The notes under the pieces: model-generated | What the model saw: only the letters and a program-made list of their open reading frames with translations | Database searches by the model: none | What the model was told of the DNA's origin: nothing | NCBI GenBank assembly: GCA_958295785.1 | Contig: OY282377.1 | Span: 2,880,385-2,944,384 of the forward strand | Source of the DNA: an uncultured Latescibacterota bacterium | Lineage (GTDB): Bacteria; Latescibacterota; UBA2968 | DNA length: 64,000 nt | Direction: 5' to 3' | Shown here: positions 28,411 to 37,909 of the stretch, piece after piece | Position numbering within the stretch: position 1 is the first letter of the stretch | Layout of the letters: every line of letters begins with the position of its first letter | Translations under genes and position numbers: made by a program

Positions 28411-31400
28411 TCAGAGACTGTGACGCTTATCCAGCAATATCTTTCTCAGTCGGTCAAAGGTGGAAGATCCGATGCCTGTGACCTGTTTGAGTTCGTCAAG
28501 TTGTTGAAATGGCCCGTGCTGTTTGCGGTAGGCCACGATGTTCGCCGCGATTTGAGGGGAAATGTCGAGTCGCTCCTCAAGGTTTTTTGCGGTTGCGCTA
28601 TTGAGGTATTGTAATTGTTCAGCACCCAAACCCCATATTCTGGCAAACAAGGAACCCACCAACCCAGGCACTGTCGGCTTTTCAGGCTGTTCAGCGTCGG
28701 TCGGGCTGTATTCCCCACGCAGAACATTCTGCAATCTCTGTCTCAGTAGCAGTAGGTCTCCGATGCCTTTGACCCGTCTGAGTTCGTCAAATTTTTGGAA
28801 TGGTCCGTTCTGCGTGCGGTAGGCCACAATTTTCGCCGCAATTTGAGGGGAAATAACGAGTCGCTCCTCAAGGTTTTTTGCGGTTGCGCTATTGATATAT
28901 CGCAAGACAATCTGTTCGGTCGGGCTGTATTCCCCACGCAGAACATTCCGCAATCTCTGTCTCAGTCGGTCAAAGGTGTAGGATCCGATGCCTCTGACCC
29001 GTTTGAGTTTGTCAAGTTGTTGAAATGGCCCGTGCTGTTTGCGGTAGGCCACAATTTTCGTCGCGATTTGAGGGGAAATGTCGAATCGCTCCTCAAGGTT
29101 TTTTGCGGTTTCACTATTGATATATCGCAAGGCAGTCTGTTCAAATTGTTCCGCGTCGGTCGGGATGTATTTCCCACCTTTGATAGAGCCTTGCCGTTTC
29201 ACTGTTGATCTGCTTGGCGGCGGCGACCCTTGTTCGGACTTTGGGGCAGGGGCAGATGGCGGACGGGTCACTCCTTTGCTACTCTGCGGTCGCAATGACC
29301 AAAAAACTTCATCAACCGCTTTGAGCATGTCTTTTTTGATTTCCTCCATCTTGCCCTTGATTGAGGTAAAATCCTTTTCTTGAGACTTTTTGATATTGTC
29401 AATTTTTTCTGATAGGGCATCCATTTCATCAGGATCGAGCTTGCTATTCTCAAGTACGTTTATATGATGACCGAGATCGTTGAGTCCTTTTCTCAGCAAC
29501 TTAGCGGTATTCTCGTCTTTGCGAATCGCATTCTCGTACATTGCAAAAACGCTTTTAATTTCCCCTTTCAATTCAGCCTCCAAATCGCCTTTCGGCTGGT
29601 TTTCGCTACGGAAAAAGTCATGCAAAGACACCCCATCCTCATCAAATAAGTATTCCTTATGGTGACGGGCACTGTACGCGCTGATACCCACAGGCTCAAT
29701 ACCCTCGTCCTCAAGCGTTTCCTTTACCTCATCCAAAATATCTTCCAACTCGCTTTCGGGCTTGAGATCCGCCTTGTTCAAAACCACATAAAATGGTAAT
29801 CCGTTCAGTTCCATACCTTTTATGAAATCCAGATCGCTCTGTGGGATGGTGCCGGTGGCGTCCAATCCAATCATCCAGATCAGGGCATCTCTGTCTTTTA
29901 GAACCTCGGCGGCGGTTTTCTTGTCCTGGTCGGTATTTCCCCCGGCCGGGTTGTAGCCCGGCGTGTCGATCAGGCAGATATGTTCCAAGCCCTTCATTAA
30001 AGGAACTTCCACAGTAATAGAAGGCATGAGGTCTTTGAGTTCAAAGGGAAATGTATCGACAAAATTGTGGGACAGTTGGCGGTAAAATGCCGGTGCGATA
30101 TCCACTGTGCCCCCATCACGGGAGAATCCCTTGATAGAGACCTCGGTATTGGAAATCACGAAAGAAGGGATAACGGTGGCGGGTTCGACTTTAACGGGCA
30201 TTTTCACGTCGGACTTGGTGATAAAGCTATTGACAAACTCGGACTTGCCGCTGCTGAAGCCCCCACCAATGGCGATGGATTTCTTGGTGAACGTATGGGG
30301 GAAAGCCACGAGCTCTTCCAAGCGTTTCTCGAGACTTTGCAATTTTTCCACGGCGGCAGCCTCCTCGGCCAGCGAGGACTCCTCATTGGCAAAGGCCATA
30401 AACCGCCCTTCGAAGAGTTCCTTAAATCTCTCGAATGCTTCATTTTCAGAACGTTTGGCGTTAAGCAGGTTGGAGACCAGTTCGTATTTCTGATCCAAAC
30501 TATCGTGCTTCTCGCTCAACTTATCGAAGTCTTGACGAGTTGCATCTAAATCGGATTTTGTGCGGGCATGTTCTTCACGCGACTCGGTCAAGGCTGTCTG
30601 TGTCTGATCGTGCTCGCCGCGCAACGCATTGAACTCAGCCGTTTTTGTAGCATGATTCTCGCGCTCCTCGTCCAAGGCCCTCGTCGTCTGATCGTGTTCC
30701 TCCAGCCACGCATTGAACTCAGCCGTTTTCGTAGCATGATTCTCGCGCTCCTCGTCCAAGGCCCTCGTCGTCTGGTCGTGTTCTTCCTGCAACTCATCGT
30801 ATTCTCGACGCACTTTGGGCCAATCTGTCTGCTTGTATTCCTCGTGCAACGCATTGTATTTTTTCTGTTCATCGCGCAAATCCGCCTTTGTTTGCTCGTG
30901 TTCTGTACGCGCCCCGTCCAAGGCGGTCGTCGTGCGCTCCAATTCCACTGTTGTCCGCTCGTGTTTTGCATGCCACTCATGGAGGTCATGCTGTGCCTTG
31001 TCTAAGGCGACTGCTACGCGCTCGTGTTCCGCACGCAGTTCGTCCAAGGCCCCGGTTGTGCGATTCAACGCCGTCGTTATCTGTTCGTGTTCTGCTTGCA
31101 ACTGCTCAACGCGATGCCGCGCCTCATCTAAATCGGCTGTTGTCTGATCATTCTTTTCCGTCAAGGCACCGTACTCTGTTTGCAACTGCTGAAAACGATG
31201 CCGCGATTTGTCTAAGGAGACCTTTGTTTGCTCGTGTTCCGCACGCGCCCCGTCCAAGGCCCCGGTTGTGCGATTCAACGCTGTTTTTGTCTGTTCGTTC
31301 TTTGCTTGCAACTGCTGAACGCGATGCCGCGCCTCATCTAAATCGGCTGTTGTCTGATCATTCTTTTCCGTCAGGGCACCGTACTCTGTTTGCAACTGCT

Positions 31401-31977
31401 GAAAACGATGCCGCGATTTGTCTAAGGAGACTGTTACGCGCTCGTGTTCCGCACGCAGTTCGTCCAAGGCCCCGGTTGTGCGATTCAACGCCGTCGTTAT
31501 CTGTTCGTGTTCTGCTTGCAACTGCTCAACGCGATGCCGCGCCTCATCTAAATCGGCTGTTGTCTGATCATTCTTTTCTGTCAGGGCACCGTACTCTGTT
31601 TGCAACTGCTGAAAACGATGCCGCGATTTGTCTAAAGAGACCTTTGTTTGCTCGTGTTCTGCACGCAGTTCGTCCAAGGCCCCGGTTGTGCGATTCAACG
31701 CTGTTTTTGTCTGTTCGTTCTTTGCTTGCAACTGCTGAAAGTTCTGCCGCACATTTGCCAAATTTTTGGTTGTTCGCTCGTATTCTCCACGCAACCGCTC
31801 GTGATCCTTTTCCAGTTTGTTGAGGGTGTGTTGCACCTCATTCAATTTGGCAGTTGTCCCTTCCTGTTTGTGCCGCGCCTCGTCCAAGTCGGCGGTTGCC
31901 CGCTCGTATGTTGCACGCAACTTCTGATAGACTGGCCGATTTTGAATAAATCTTTCCCAGATAGATTTCAGACTCAT
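28411..31977 (-). CDS. dynamin-like GTPase (DLP-C, 1188 aa): N-terminal ~500-aa tandem coiled-coil repeats, dynamin GTPase core, Pro/Ser linker, and three C-terminal ComEA-type HhH DNA-binding domains
   Basis: G1 GGGFSSGKSEFVNSF, G3 LIDTPGYN, G4 VLNKADL. C-terminus contains three copies of INSATAKNLEERLDISPQIAANIVAYRKQHGPFQQLDELKQVTGIGSSTFDRLR (ComEA/HHH_3-like). The start ATG overlaps the stop of the upstream gene (ATGA). Confidence 0.8.
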   Translation of the reverse strand: MSLKSIWERFIQNRPVYQKLRATYERATADLDEARHKQEGTTAKLNEVQHTLNKLEKDHERLRGEYERTTKNLANVRQNFQQLQAKNEQTKTALNRTTGALDELRAEHEQTKVSLDKSRHRFQQLQTEYGALTEKNDQTTADLDEARHRVEQLQAEHEQITTALNRTTGALDELRAEHERVTVSLDKSRHRFQQLQTEYGALTEKNDQTTADLDEARHRVQQLQAKNEQTKTALNRTTGALDGARAEHEQTKVSLDKSRHRFQQLQTEYGALTEKNDQTTADLDEARHRVEQLQAEHEQITTALNRTTGALDELRAEHERVAVALDKAQHDLHEWHAKHERTTVELERTTTALDGARTEHEQTKADLRDEQKKYNALHEEYKQTDWPKVRREYDELQEEHDQTTRALDEERENHATKTAEFNAWLEEHDQTTRALDEERENHATKTAEFNALRGEHDQTQTALTESREEHARTKSDLDATRQDFDKLSEKHDSLDQKYELVSNLLNAKRSENEAFERFKELFEGRFMAFANEESSLAEEAAAVEKLQSLEKRLEELVAFPHTFTKKSIAIGGGFSSGKSEFVNSFITKSDVKMPVKVEPATVIPSFVISNTEVSIKGFSRDGGTVDIAPAFYRQLSHNFVDTFPFELKDLMPSITVEVPLMKGLEHICLIDTPGYNPAGGNTDQDKKTAAEVLKDRDALIWMIGLDATGTIPQSDLDFIKGMELNGLPFYVVLNKADLKPESELEDILDEVKETLEDEGIEPVGISAYSARHHKEYLFDEDGVSLHDFFRSENQPKGDLEAELKGEIKSVFAMYENAIRKDENTAKLLRKGLNDLGHHINVLENSKLDPDEMDALSEKIDNIKKSQEKDFTSIKGKMEEIKKDMLKAVDEVFWSLRPQSSKGVTRPPSAPAPKSEQGSPPPSRSTVKRQGSIKGGKYIPTDAEQFEQTALRYINSETAKNLEERFDISPQIATKIVAYRKQHGPFQQLDKLKRVRGIGSYTFDRLRQRLRNVLRGEYSPTEQIVLRYINSATAKNLEERLVISPQIAAKIVAYRTQNGPFQKFDELRRVKGIGDLLLLRQRLQNVLRGEYSPTDAEQPEKPTVPGLVGSLFARIWGLGAEQLQYLNSATAKNLEERLDISPQIAANIVAYRKQHGPFQQLDELKQVTGIGSSTFDRLRKILLDKRHSL
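28440..29150 (-). repeat. three near-identical coding tandem repeats (~230 bp) encoding ComEA-like HhH domains; the middle copy is degenerate
   Basis: The nucleotide block TTGCGGTAGGCCAC(G/A)ATTTTCG.CGC.ATTTGAGGGGAAATGTCGA.TCGCTCCTCAAGGTTTTTTGCGGTT recurs at about 28520, 28800 and 29030. Confidence 0.7.
30560..31900 (-). repeat. coding tandem repeat array (~210-bp period, at least 6 units) encoding coiled-coil heptads of DLP-C
   Basis: Near-identical nucleotide units, for example GCTGAAAACGATGCCGCGATTTGTCTAAGGAGAC at about 31190, 31400 and 31610. Protein repeats LDKSRHRFQQLQTEYGALTEKNDQTTADLDEARHRVEQLQAEHEQ. Confidence 0.7.
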
Positions 31978-34175
31978 GGGTTCACCTCCATTTTTTTCAA
32001 TTCACCCTTGAGGCGGCTGATTCGCCTCAATTCCATTTCTTTCTTTTCAATGGATTCCTCAAGCGTGGTAAGTTCCTTTTCGATTTTTTTCAGAAGTTGA
32101 TCATCCAACCGAACTTCTTTCATCCTTGCGGCGAGAACTTTGGGGTACTCGTTTGCCTTTCTAGACAATTCACGGGAGAGATTGTCAAGGTAATTTTTCG
32201 CCTTATCAATAAATTCCTCCGCCGCATCATCCTCCAACACGCCTTGGGGTTTCAGGGAATCCGGCATTCGGCTTTTATACTCAAATTTTGGGATGGATAT
32301 GGAACTAATGGCGTCCCTGATTACCCGTCTGATCATCGAGGCTTCCAAACTCTCATCGCCAAAGTTGTCCCGCAAAATTTTGGCCATATCCCTGATGAGG
32401 TCGGTCCGCCAATCTCCCTTTTTGTCCTCTACTGTTTTGGTTATTGAATACACTAATTCTTCAGAAAACTTCGACAAGCTATGAGAAACAGCACCTGTGC
32501 GTATGGTAGGATAAGATACTTCCCTTTTAAATAGCCAGAAAAATCCCCATCTTTCTGTACGCATTCTCATTTCTTTCCCTTGATCTATATCCGATTCTGT
32601 ACTCTTTTTTTCGCCTTCGATTTTTCTCCGAAATTCCTCCGCCAAAGAGCGGCTGAGATTATCGACCGATTCCTCGTAACCCCACTTGATATCCGCTGAA
32701 GCATTGTAGAGGGCCTTTTCCAAGGCTTCGCGCTGTGCCTTAATTTTTTCAATATCCGTGCCCTCAATTTCGGACTGCCGCTCGTCGGCAAACGCGAGCA
32801 AGCCATCCTTCAAGGCACGCAAAGACTGGCGTTTTGCGTCAACATACTTCGTCTGCCTTTTTTGGATGATGTCGTCCTTTTTCGCGCGCACCTTCGCGAC
32901 AATATTTTGGATGGCCGAGATGTTGGACAACTTGTTCAAACTGATGCGCGACAAGTTCTCGTCCGCATCGGAAAAATAGTCTGGATAACCGGCTAGCAGA
33001 CTACCCCAAGCGTGCCGCATCCCCTCGTCCCACTCGCCCCGTTGCCCAAAGAGTTGCTTCAGACTTTCGCACATTCCCGACGAGTAAATGATCTTGCTTT
33101 GGCCTTCGAGCAACTGATCGTAGGTATTTCCCACCTCGGGATTGCTCTCTTTCAAATTTGTGATCACCTTGTTCAATTGGTCTCCAAGCACCCCGGTGAG
33201 ACTGTCCAGCACGCGATCCAACTGCCCGTCGTTCTCATCCTTCAGATGACCGAAAAGCTGGGTATCCGCCTGGGCCGCCACGACAAACAGTTCATGGATG
33301 CCTTCCTTGCTGGTGATTCGATCCATCAGTTCCAAATCCACATCATTCAAAAACTGCCCCGACGGGCTGAGGATCAACACCACATCGCATTGATTCAAGT
33401 GCTCTTGCGTCCGCGCCTCGCGGGACTGAACCGGATCGTTGAGGCCCGGCGTATCCACAATTTCTATGTCCTTCAGCTTCTCTTGGGAAAGCCGGAGGTT
33501 GACGCTCTTGGTAAAGGGCATGTATTTGCCCTTCGCGCCGACGTAATCATCCAACTTGTCGCCTAAGTCAGAAATACGGTCAAACTTGAGAAGGCGTTTT
33601 TCTTCCAAAGTCCTGATGGACAACCTGGTAGCATCCATTTTGGTGTATTGCTCATGTGCTGCCGAGAGTTCGACTTTCGCCCGCATCTCCCGATAGGCTT
33701 TGCTTTTTGCCAATTCCTCCGGGGATTTTCGGGATCGGGTTTGTCTCTGTCTTCCTTGTGCCAAGAATTTCCTGTATAGATCATCCCGTTGCCTGTTGTA
33801 CTCTTCGTACTGGGCCTTGATATTCTCAAAGTCCTCTTGGGTGAAAAATTCCACTTCTGCCGACGGGGTATCCCCATGCGAAAGCGTGGTCAAGGCCGCG
33901 GTCATCGGGGTGGCCGCCTTGGGGAGAATGCTTTGCCCGTCAAAGAGGAGGGCGTTCAGCAACGAGGATTTTCCGGATTTGACCCGCCCCACAATGCCGA
34001 TTTTCAGCAACCGGCCTTCATCGGCAATGGCCGCCAAATCCGCTTGCAAGTTCTTGCCCGTGGGAATGCTGTATTCCCGGCAGAGGCGTTGGGCCTCATC
34101 CCCGAGAAAGTCGTGGTAACGGCCCATGACTCGTTCCAACTCTTCCCTGAAAGTGACAATTCCGTTCTGGTTCAT
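31974..34175 (-). CDS. dynamin-like GTPase (DLP-B, 733 aa)
   Basis: G1 GRVKSGKSSLLNAL, G3 VDTPGLND, followed by a long alpha-helical stalk. RBS AAGGAGA. Its ATG overlaps the TGA of DLP-A. Confidence 0.8.
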   Translation of the reverse strand: MNQNGIVTFREELERVMGRYHDFLGDEAQRLCREYSIPTGKNLQADLAAIADEGRLLKIGIVGRVKSGKSSLLNALLFDGQSILPKAATPMTAALTTLSHGDTPSAEVEFFTQEDFENIKAQYEEYNRQRDDLYRKFLAQGRQRQTRSRKSPEELAKSKAYREMRAKVELSAAHEQYTKMDATRLSIRTLEEKRLLKFDRISDLGDKLDDYVGAKGKYMPFTKSVNLRLSQEKLKDIEIVDTPGLNDPVQSREARTQEHLNQCDVVLILSPSGQFLNDVDLELMDRITSKEGIHELFVVAAQADTQLFGHLKDENDGQLDRVLDSLTGVLGDQLNKVITNLKESNPEVGNTYDQLLEGQSKIIYSSGMCESLKQLFGQRGEWDEGMRHAWGSLLAGYPDYFSDADENLSRISLNKLSNISAIQNIVAKVRAKKDDIIQKRQTKYVDAKRQSLRALKDGLLAFADERQSEIEGTDIEKIKAQREALEKALYNASADIKWGYEESVDNLSRSLAEEFRRKIEGEKKSTESDIDQGKEMRMRTERWGFFWLFKREVSYPTIRTGAVSHSLSKFSEELVYSITKTVEDKKGDWRTDLIRDMAKILRDNFGDESLEASMIRRVIRDAISSISIPKFEYKSRMPDSLKPQGVLEDDAAEEFIDKAKNYLDNLSRELSRKANEYPKVLAARMKEVRLDDQLLKKIEKELTTLEESIEKKEMELRRISRLKGELKKMEVNP

Positions 34176-35902
34176 GTTCGTTCTCCTTGTTGTGCAAAAA
34201 GCACCGGCGTTGCCAGCAACCGGATGTTCTCTCGAATGCTGGTCAGATCCGCAATCGTTTGCCCAATGTCCTGAAGCGCGTCCTTCTTGGCCTGCTCGGC
34301 TTCGGCGATTTCGCTTTGTTTGGCCTTGATCTGCGAATCCAAAGCCACCGCGTTCTCATTGATGAGGCCGTTCACTTGATCCTCGAAATCTTTGGGCAGT
34401 TCGCTCCGCAGTTTGCTTTTGATGGACGGGATAACGGTTCCAATCAGTTGGTTGCGAATCTGCTCCTCCTGCCGCCGCTTTTGAAAGTAGCCAATAATGT
34501 CGGGCAGGAAGATGATGAAGAGTTCCAAAATTGGCATCACAAAACTGGTGGTAATGGCGAGCGTGGTGGTGAGAACGCGGTACAAATTCCGTCCGCCTTT
34601 GACTGCACCGCCAACCCCTTTGAGAATCGCACTTCCCTCAGAAAGAAGTTGTGGGGCACTGTACATTGCTTTTTCCAACCAATTTTCATTGCTCGTATAA
34701 GAGGAAAGAATGTGGTCAATGCCTTTGACGCTTCTGGACAGGTCTTCGACGATCTGTCTGTTCAACTGCTCCATTTCGGTTTTCACATGGCTCACGAGCG
34801 AAGAGCGCAGGATTTCCGACATGTGCCGCTGAAAAGCATCTTCGCCGCTGGACAGGGCGATGCCGGTCAATTCCTCTACGGCATTGTTCAGGTCCGCGCC
34901 CACGCGCTCCACAATGTCGTTGGCACGGGTCGTGGAATACCGCGAGCGGACGTCCCGAATCATAGCGTCCTTCTTTTGTTCCAAGTCTCGAATGCCCGCG
35001 GCGAGTTCGTCAATGGCCTCTTGGTTCTCGCTCTCGTCCTTTTTCAAGGAACTGATCCATGTGTTCAAGCTGCCGTCGATATCGAAGAAATGCCCCTCCA
35101 AGCTGGGGCGATAAAGCCGGGTGAAAAGCTCCTCTGGGTCAATGGCTCGAAACATTCTGTCCAGACTATCCCCGCCATCCTTGCCCACGGGAACGACCGC
35201 GTCGGCAAAGTCGAAATCGTCCTCGAGCCGATCTTGGATGTTCTGTGCGATTTCTTGAACCTCGGACTCCGAGCGCAAATTCGCCTTGCTCAAAAACACG
35301 GAAAACGGCTTGTCGAACTCGTCAAATTCGGACAACTGCCGATGGGCTGACTGCGTGACTGTGCCCTCCTCCACGCTGATCAAGACCGCATAGTGGCTCC
35401 CTCGGGCGAGGTACGTCAAAATGGCGCGATGGTGCAAATCCAGCGGCGAATCAAACCCCGGCATATCCACGAGCACGAGGGGCGCGATTCCCTTGAGTTG
35501 TTCGCTGTTGAGAAAGACCTCGACATATTGGTATTGCGCCGCCTTCTCTTTGATCGCGCCGATCTCCGCGATGGCGTAGCGATCCGACTCGCCATTTTTC
35601 ATGATGGCCTCAACGCGCTCGCTGTCGGAATAGCGCAACTCGGTTGCCAACGCGGTTTCCGGGGTGATGTTGACGGGCAAGTAATCGGACCCCAAAAACG
35701 AGTTGATCAACGTGCTTTTGCCCGAGCTGAAAGCCCCGACGACCGGCACGACCAACTCGGCCTCGGCAATATCCCGCTTCAACTCCTCTGCGGACTGGAT
35801 GTTTTTCCCAAGTTCTTCAAACACCCCCAAAGCACTCGTCCTATCCAATTCCGCCTTTATCCCATCCAAATAATCGCAAAACGCGCTCTGCGTCTGAAGC
35901 AT
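34172..35902 (-). CDS. dynamin-like GTPase (DLP-A, ~576 aa), first gene of the operon
   Basis: G1 GAFSSGKSTLINSFLG, G3 LVDMPGFD, G4 LSKANL. Start chosen at the ATG at 35902 behind RBS GGAGGGAG (MLQTQ...). Confidence 0.8.
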   Translation of the reverse strand: MLQTQSAFCDYLDGIKAELDRTSALGVFEELGKNIQSAEELKRDIAEAELVVPVVGAFSSGKSTLINSFLGSDYLPVNITPETALATELRYSDSERVEAIMKNGESDRYAIAEIGAIKEKAAQYQYVEVFLNSEQLKGIAPLVLVDMPGFDSPLDLHHRAILTYLARGSHYAVLISVEEGTVTQSAHRQLSEFDEFDKPFSVFLSKANLRSESEVQEIAQNIQDRLEDDFDFADAVVPVGKDGGDSLDRMFRAIDPEELFTRLYRPSLEGHFFDIDGSLNTWISSLKKDESENQEAIDELAAGIRDLEQKKDAMIRDVRSRYSTTRANDIVERVGADLNNAVEELTGIALSSGEDAFQRHMSEILRSSLVSHVKTEMEQLNRQIVEDLSRSVKGIDHILSSYTSNENWLEKAMYSAPQLLSEGSAILKGVGGAVKGGRNLYRVLTTTLAITTSFVMPILELFIIFLPDIIGYFQKRRQEEQIRNQLIGTVIPSIKSKLRSELPKDFEDQVNGLINENAVALDSQIKAKQSEIAEAEQAKKDALQDIGQTIADLTSIRENIRLLATPVLFAQQGERT

Positions 35903-36149
35903 GGCGACTCCCTCCAAAAAATGAAGCCCTCTCTGTCTCAAAAAAGGCCAATGGATCTGTCAAGTCATATTGCCAGTTCGTGAGCCTCCGATCCTTGATG
36001 ACCACGCGGCGAAAGGCGTCTATGGGAGGGGTATCGGTCACGGCATTGGCTTCGGTCACACGAAATTAAAAATCAGCTATCAGCCCCTGTCTATCTGAAA
36101 TGACGTTGCTCCAGCACATGCTTTGCCGACCGCTTGGGGCCTGGGCGGC

Positions 36150-36215
36150 TCTCTCGCGTCTTAGAAGTTGTCTTAAAACGAAAGATGACCCCTCCCCCGG
36201 CCCCTCCCCGCAACG
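36150..36215 (+). repeat. short intergenic repeat module of the 'CTAAGAAGC.GTCTTAAAACGAAAGATGACCCCTCCCCC' family
   Basis: Copies at 21030-21080 (+), 36395-36450 (-), 45785-45840 (-) and 55035-55085 (-). The last two begin exactly at the stop codons of the OMP gene and nadA. Confidence 0.6.
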
Positions 36216-36512
36216 GGGAGGGAGATGTTCTTCCACCTTGTATCTCGCCTTTTCGGGCGGGCACGGGGGCACCGCCCCTACGTTTCTATCCCGCATCTTT
36301 CTTGTAGGGAGATCTTGATTCCCCCCTTCCTTGTAGGCACAGGCGCACGCCGCAGGCATGGCGTAGCCATACCCTACAATGAGCGGAGCGAATAACGGGG
36401 GTTAGGGGGGTAGGTCCCGATAATTTTAAGATGGCTTCTTATATCTTCGGGCCGGCACGGGATCACACCCCTGCGTTACTGAATGACACCGCTTCAGCAT
36501 CTACCTCGCGTT

Positions 36513-37601
36513 TCATCTGCGTTCATCTGTGATTGCTTTTTGGGGCAACGGATTTTGCCGATGGGCTTCTTCCATCACGGCGATTTGCTTTCGCACCTGC
36601 GCCGGGGTGATGAGGAGTTGGCCGTTGTTTTTGAGCGCGTCATAGACGTTGTTGTAAAATCGTTCGGGGCCGCTTTCGGGCTTGGTCTTTTCTGTTTCGA
36701 GCGTCCACGTTTCTTCGACCCAGTCGAGTTCTTCGCGGGTATATTTTCTATCTACAGACCACGTCCACATCTCGTGCTTGGGCGCTCTTTCCGGATCAAA
36801 ATAACGCCATGTGAGCGCAGTCGCGCCGCCGGTCAGGCCGCCGCAGGTGCCGTCGACCGCGTACGTGTCGCGTTGCGGATAATGCAGGTAGTTGCTGACG
36901 ACAATGTCGATTTGGGGGGCCTGCCGGTCCGGGTCGTACAATGTGAGGGTGCAGTGATCATCCGCGTCGCCCCAAAAGGGATTGTTGCAGTCCATTCGGG
37001 CAAATACGTGCGGAGTGCGGTCAAAGCCAAACAGGCAGAGGGCCTGATCAACGGCGTGAGGCCCGGTGTTGAGCAAGCCGCCGCCCCAGTTTTCCTGACG
37101 GGTTTGCCAGTCCCAACGCCGCGCAAACCGGCCCCATGAGGATCGAATATAGACAATTTTGCCCAAAACGCCCGAGTTGATAATTTTTTGCATTTTGTCA
37201 AAAAAGGGTTGCAACCGGTTGTTCTGAAACGGGGCAAAGACGCGCTGGTTGTCTTTGGCTGCGCGCACGATGCGGTCGAATTGCGCCACGGTTTTGCAGG
37301 TGGGTTTTTCGCACACGACATGGCAGCCGGCGTTGAGGGCCGCAATGCTGGCAACCGGATGCAAGGGCTGGGGCAGGGCATTGACAAAGAGGTCGAATCC
37401 CTCGACTTTGATCATTTCCTCCCAGTCCCGATAGGCTTTGGCGCCAAATTGTTCGCGGGCATCGCGCCTCCGTTCGGACAACTGATCCGAAACCGCTACG
37501 ATTTTGAATTTGTCGGGCACTTGGCGCAGCCAGTTGGCGTGAATATTATACCCACTGCGGCCCTGCCCCCCAATGGCAACGCGAATGATGTTGTCAGACA
37601 T
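36513..37601 (-). CDS. Gfo/Idh/MocA family oxidoreductase
   Basis: N-terminal Rossmann motif IRVAIGGQGRSG, plus the EKP motif and the C-terminal dimerisation domain. RBS AAGGAAG at the ATG at 37601. Confidence 0.85.
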   Translation of the reverse strand: MSDNIIRVAIGGQGRSGYNIHANWLRQVPDKFKIVAVSDQLSERRRDAREQFGAKAYRDWEEMIKVEGFDLFVNALPQPLHPVASIAALNAGCHVVCEKPTCKTVAQFDRIVRAAKDNQRVFAPFQNNRLQPFFDKMQKIINSGVLGKIVYIRSSWGRFARRWDWQTRQENWGGGLLNTGPHAVDQALCLFGFDRTPHVFARMDCNNPFWGDADDHCTLTLYDPDRQAPQIDIVVSNYLHYPQRDTYAVDGTCGGLTGGATALTWRYFDPERAPKHEMWTWSVDRKYTREELDWVEETWTLETEKTKPESGPERFYNNVYDALKNNGQLLITPAQVRKQIAVMEEAHRQNPLPQKAITDERR

Positions 37602-37909
37602 GGACTTCCTTTCTCGGTTAAACGCCTCGTCATTTCTGTTTCGGGGCAATCTATTGCGTCTTCAAAGCCCCTGTCAACCCTTTTCTCAAAACAGAATGAC
37701 CGCGAGACGAACAGACGCACAGGCGCAGCCTGCAACAAGGGCGCGCCCGCAGATGACGCAGATGAAATGAACGCAGATAAATGCGGATGAAAAATGAGGC
37801 ATGACGTGTTTTTAGTCAGCCGTGTTATTCAGGAAGTAACCACGTTGACATCAAAAAAAAAGGACGTATATTTGTAAGATGTAAATTCACATGCCATTTT
37901 TGAAAGGAC

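Noticed and set aside
28440-31900. Highly regular direct repeats that could be mistaken for a CRISPR array
   Set aside because: The repeats have periods of 210-230 bp without unique spacers. They lie inside a long ORF and encode the coiled-coil and HhH protein repeats.
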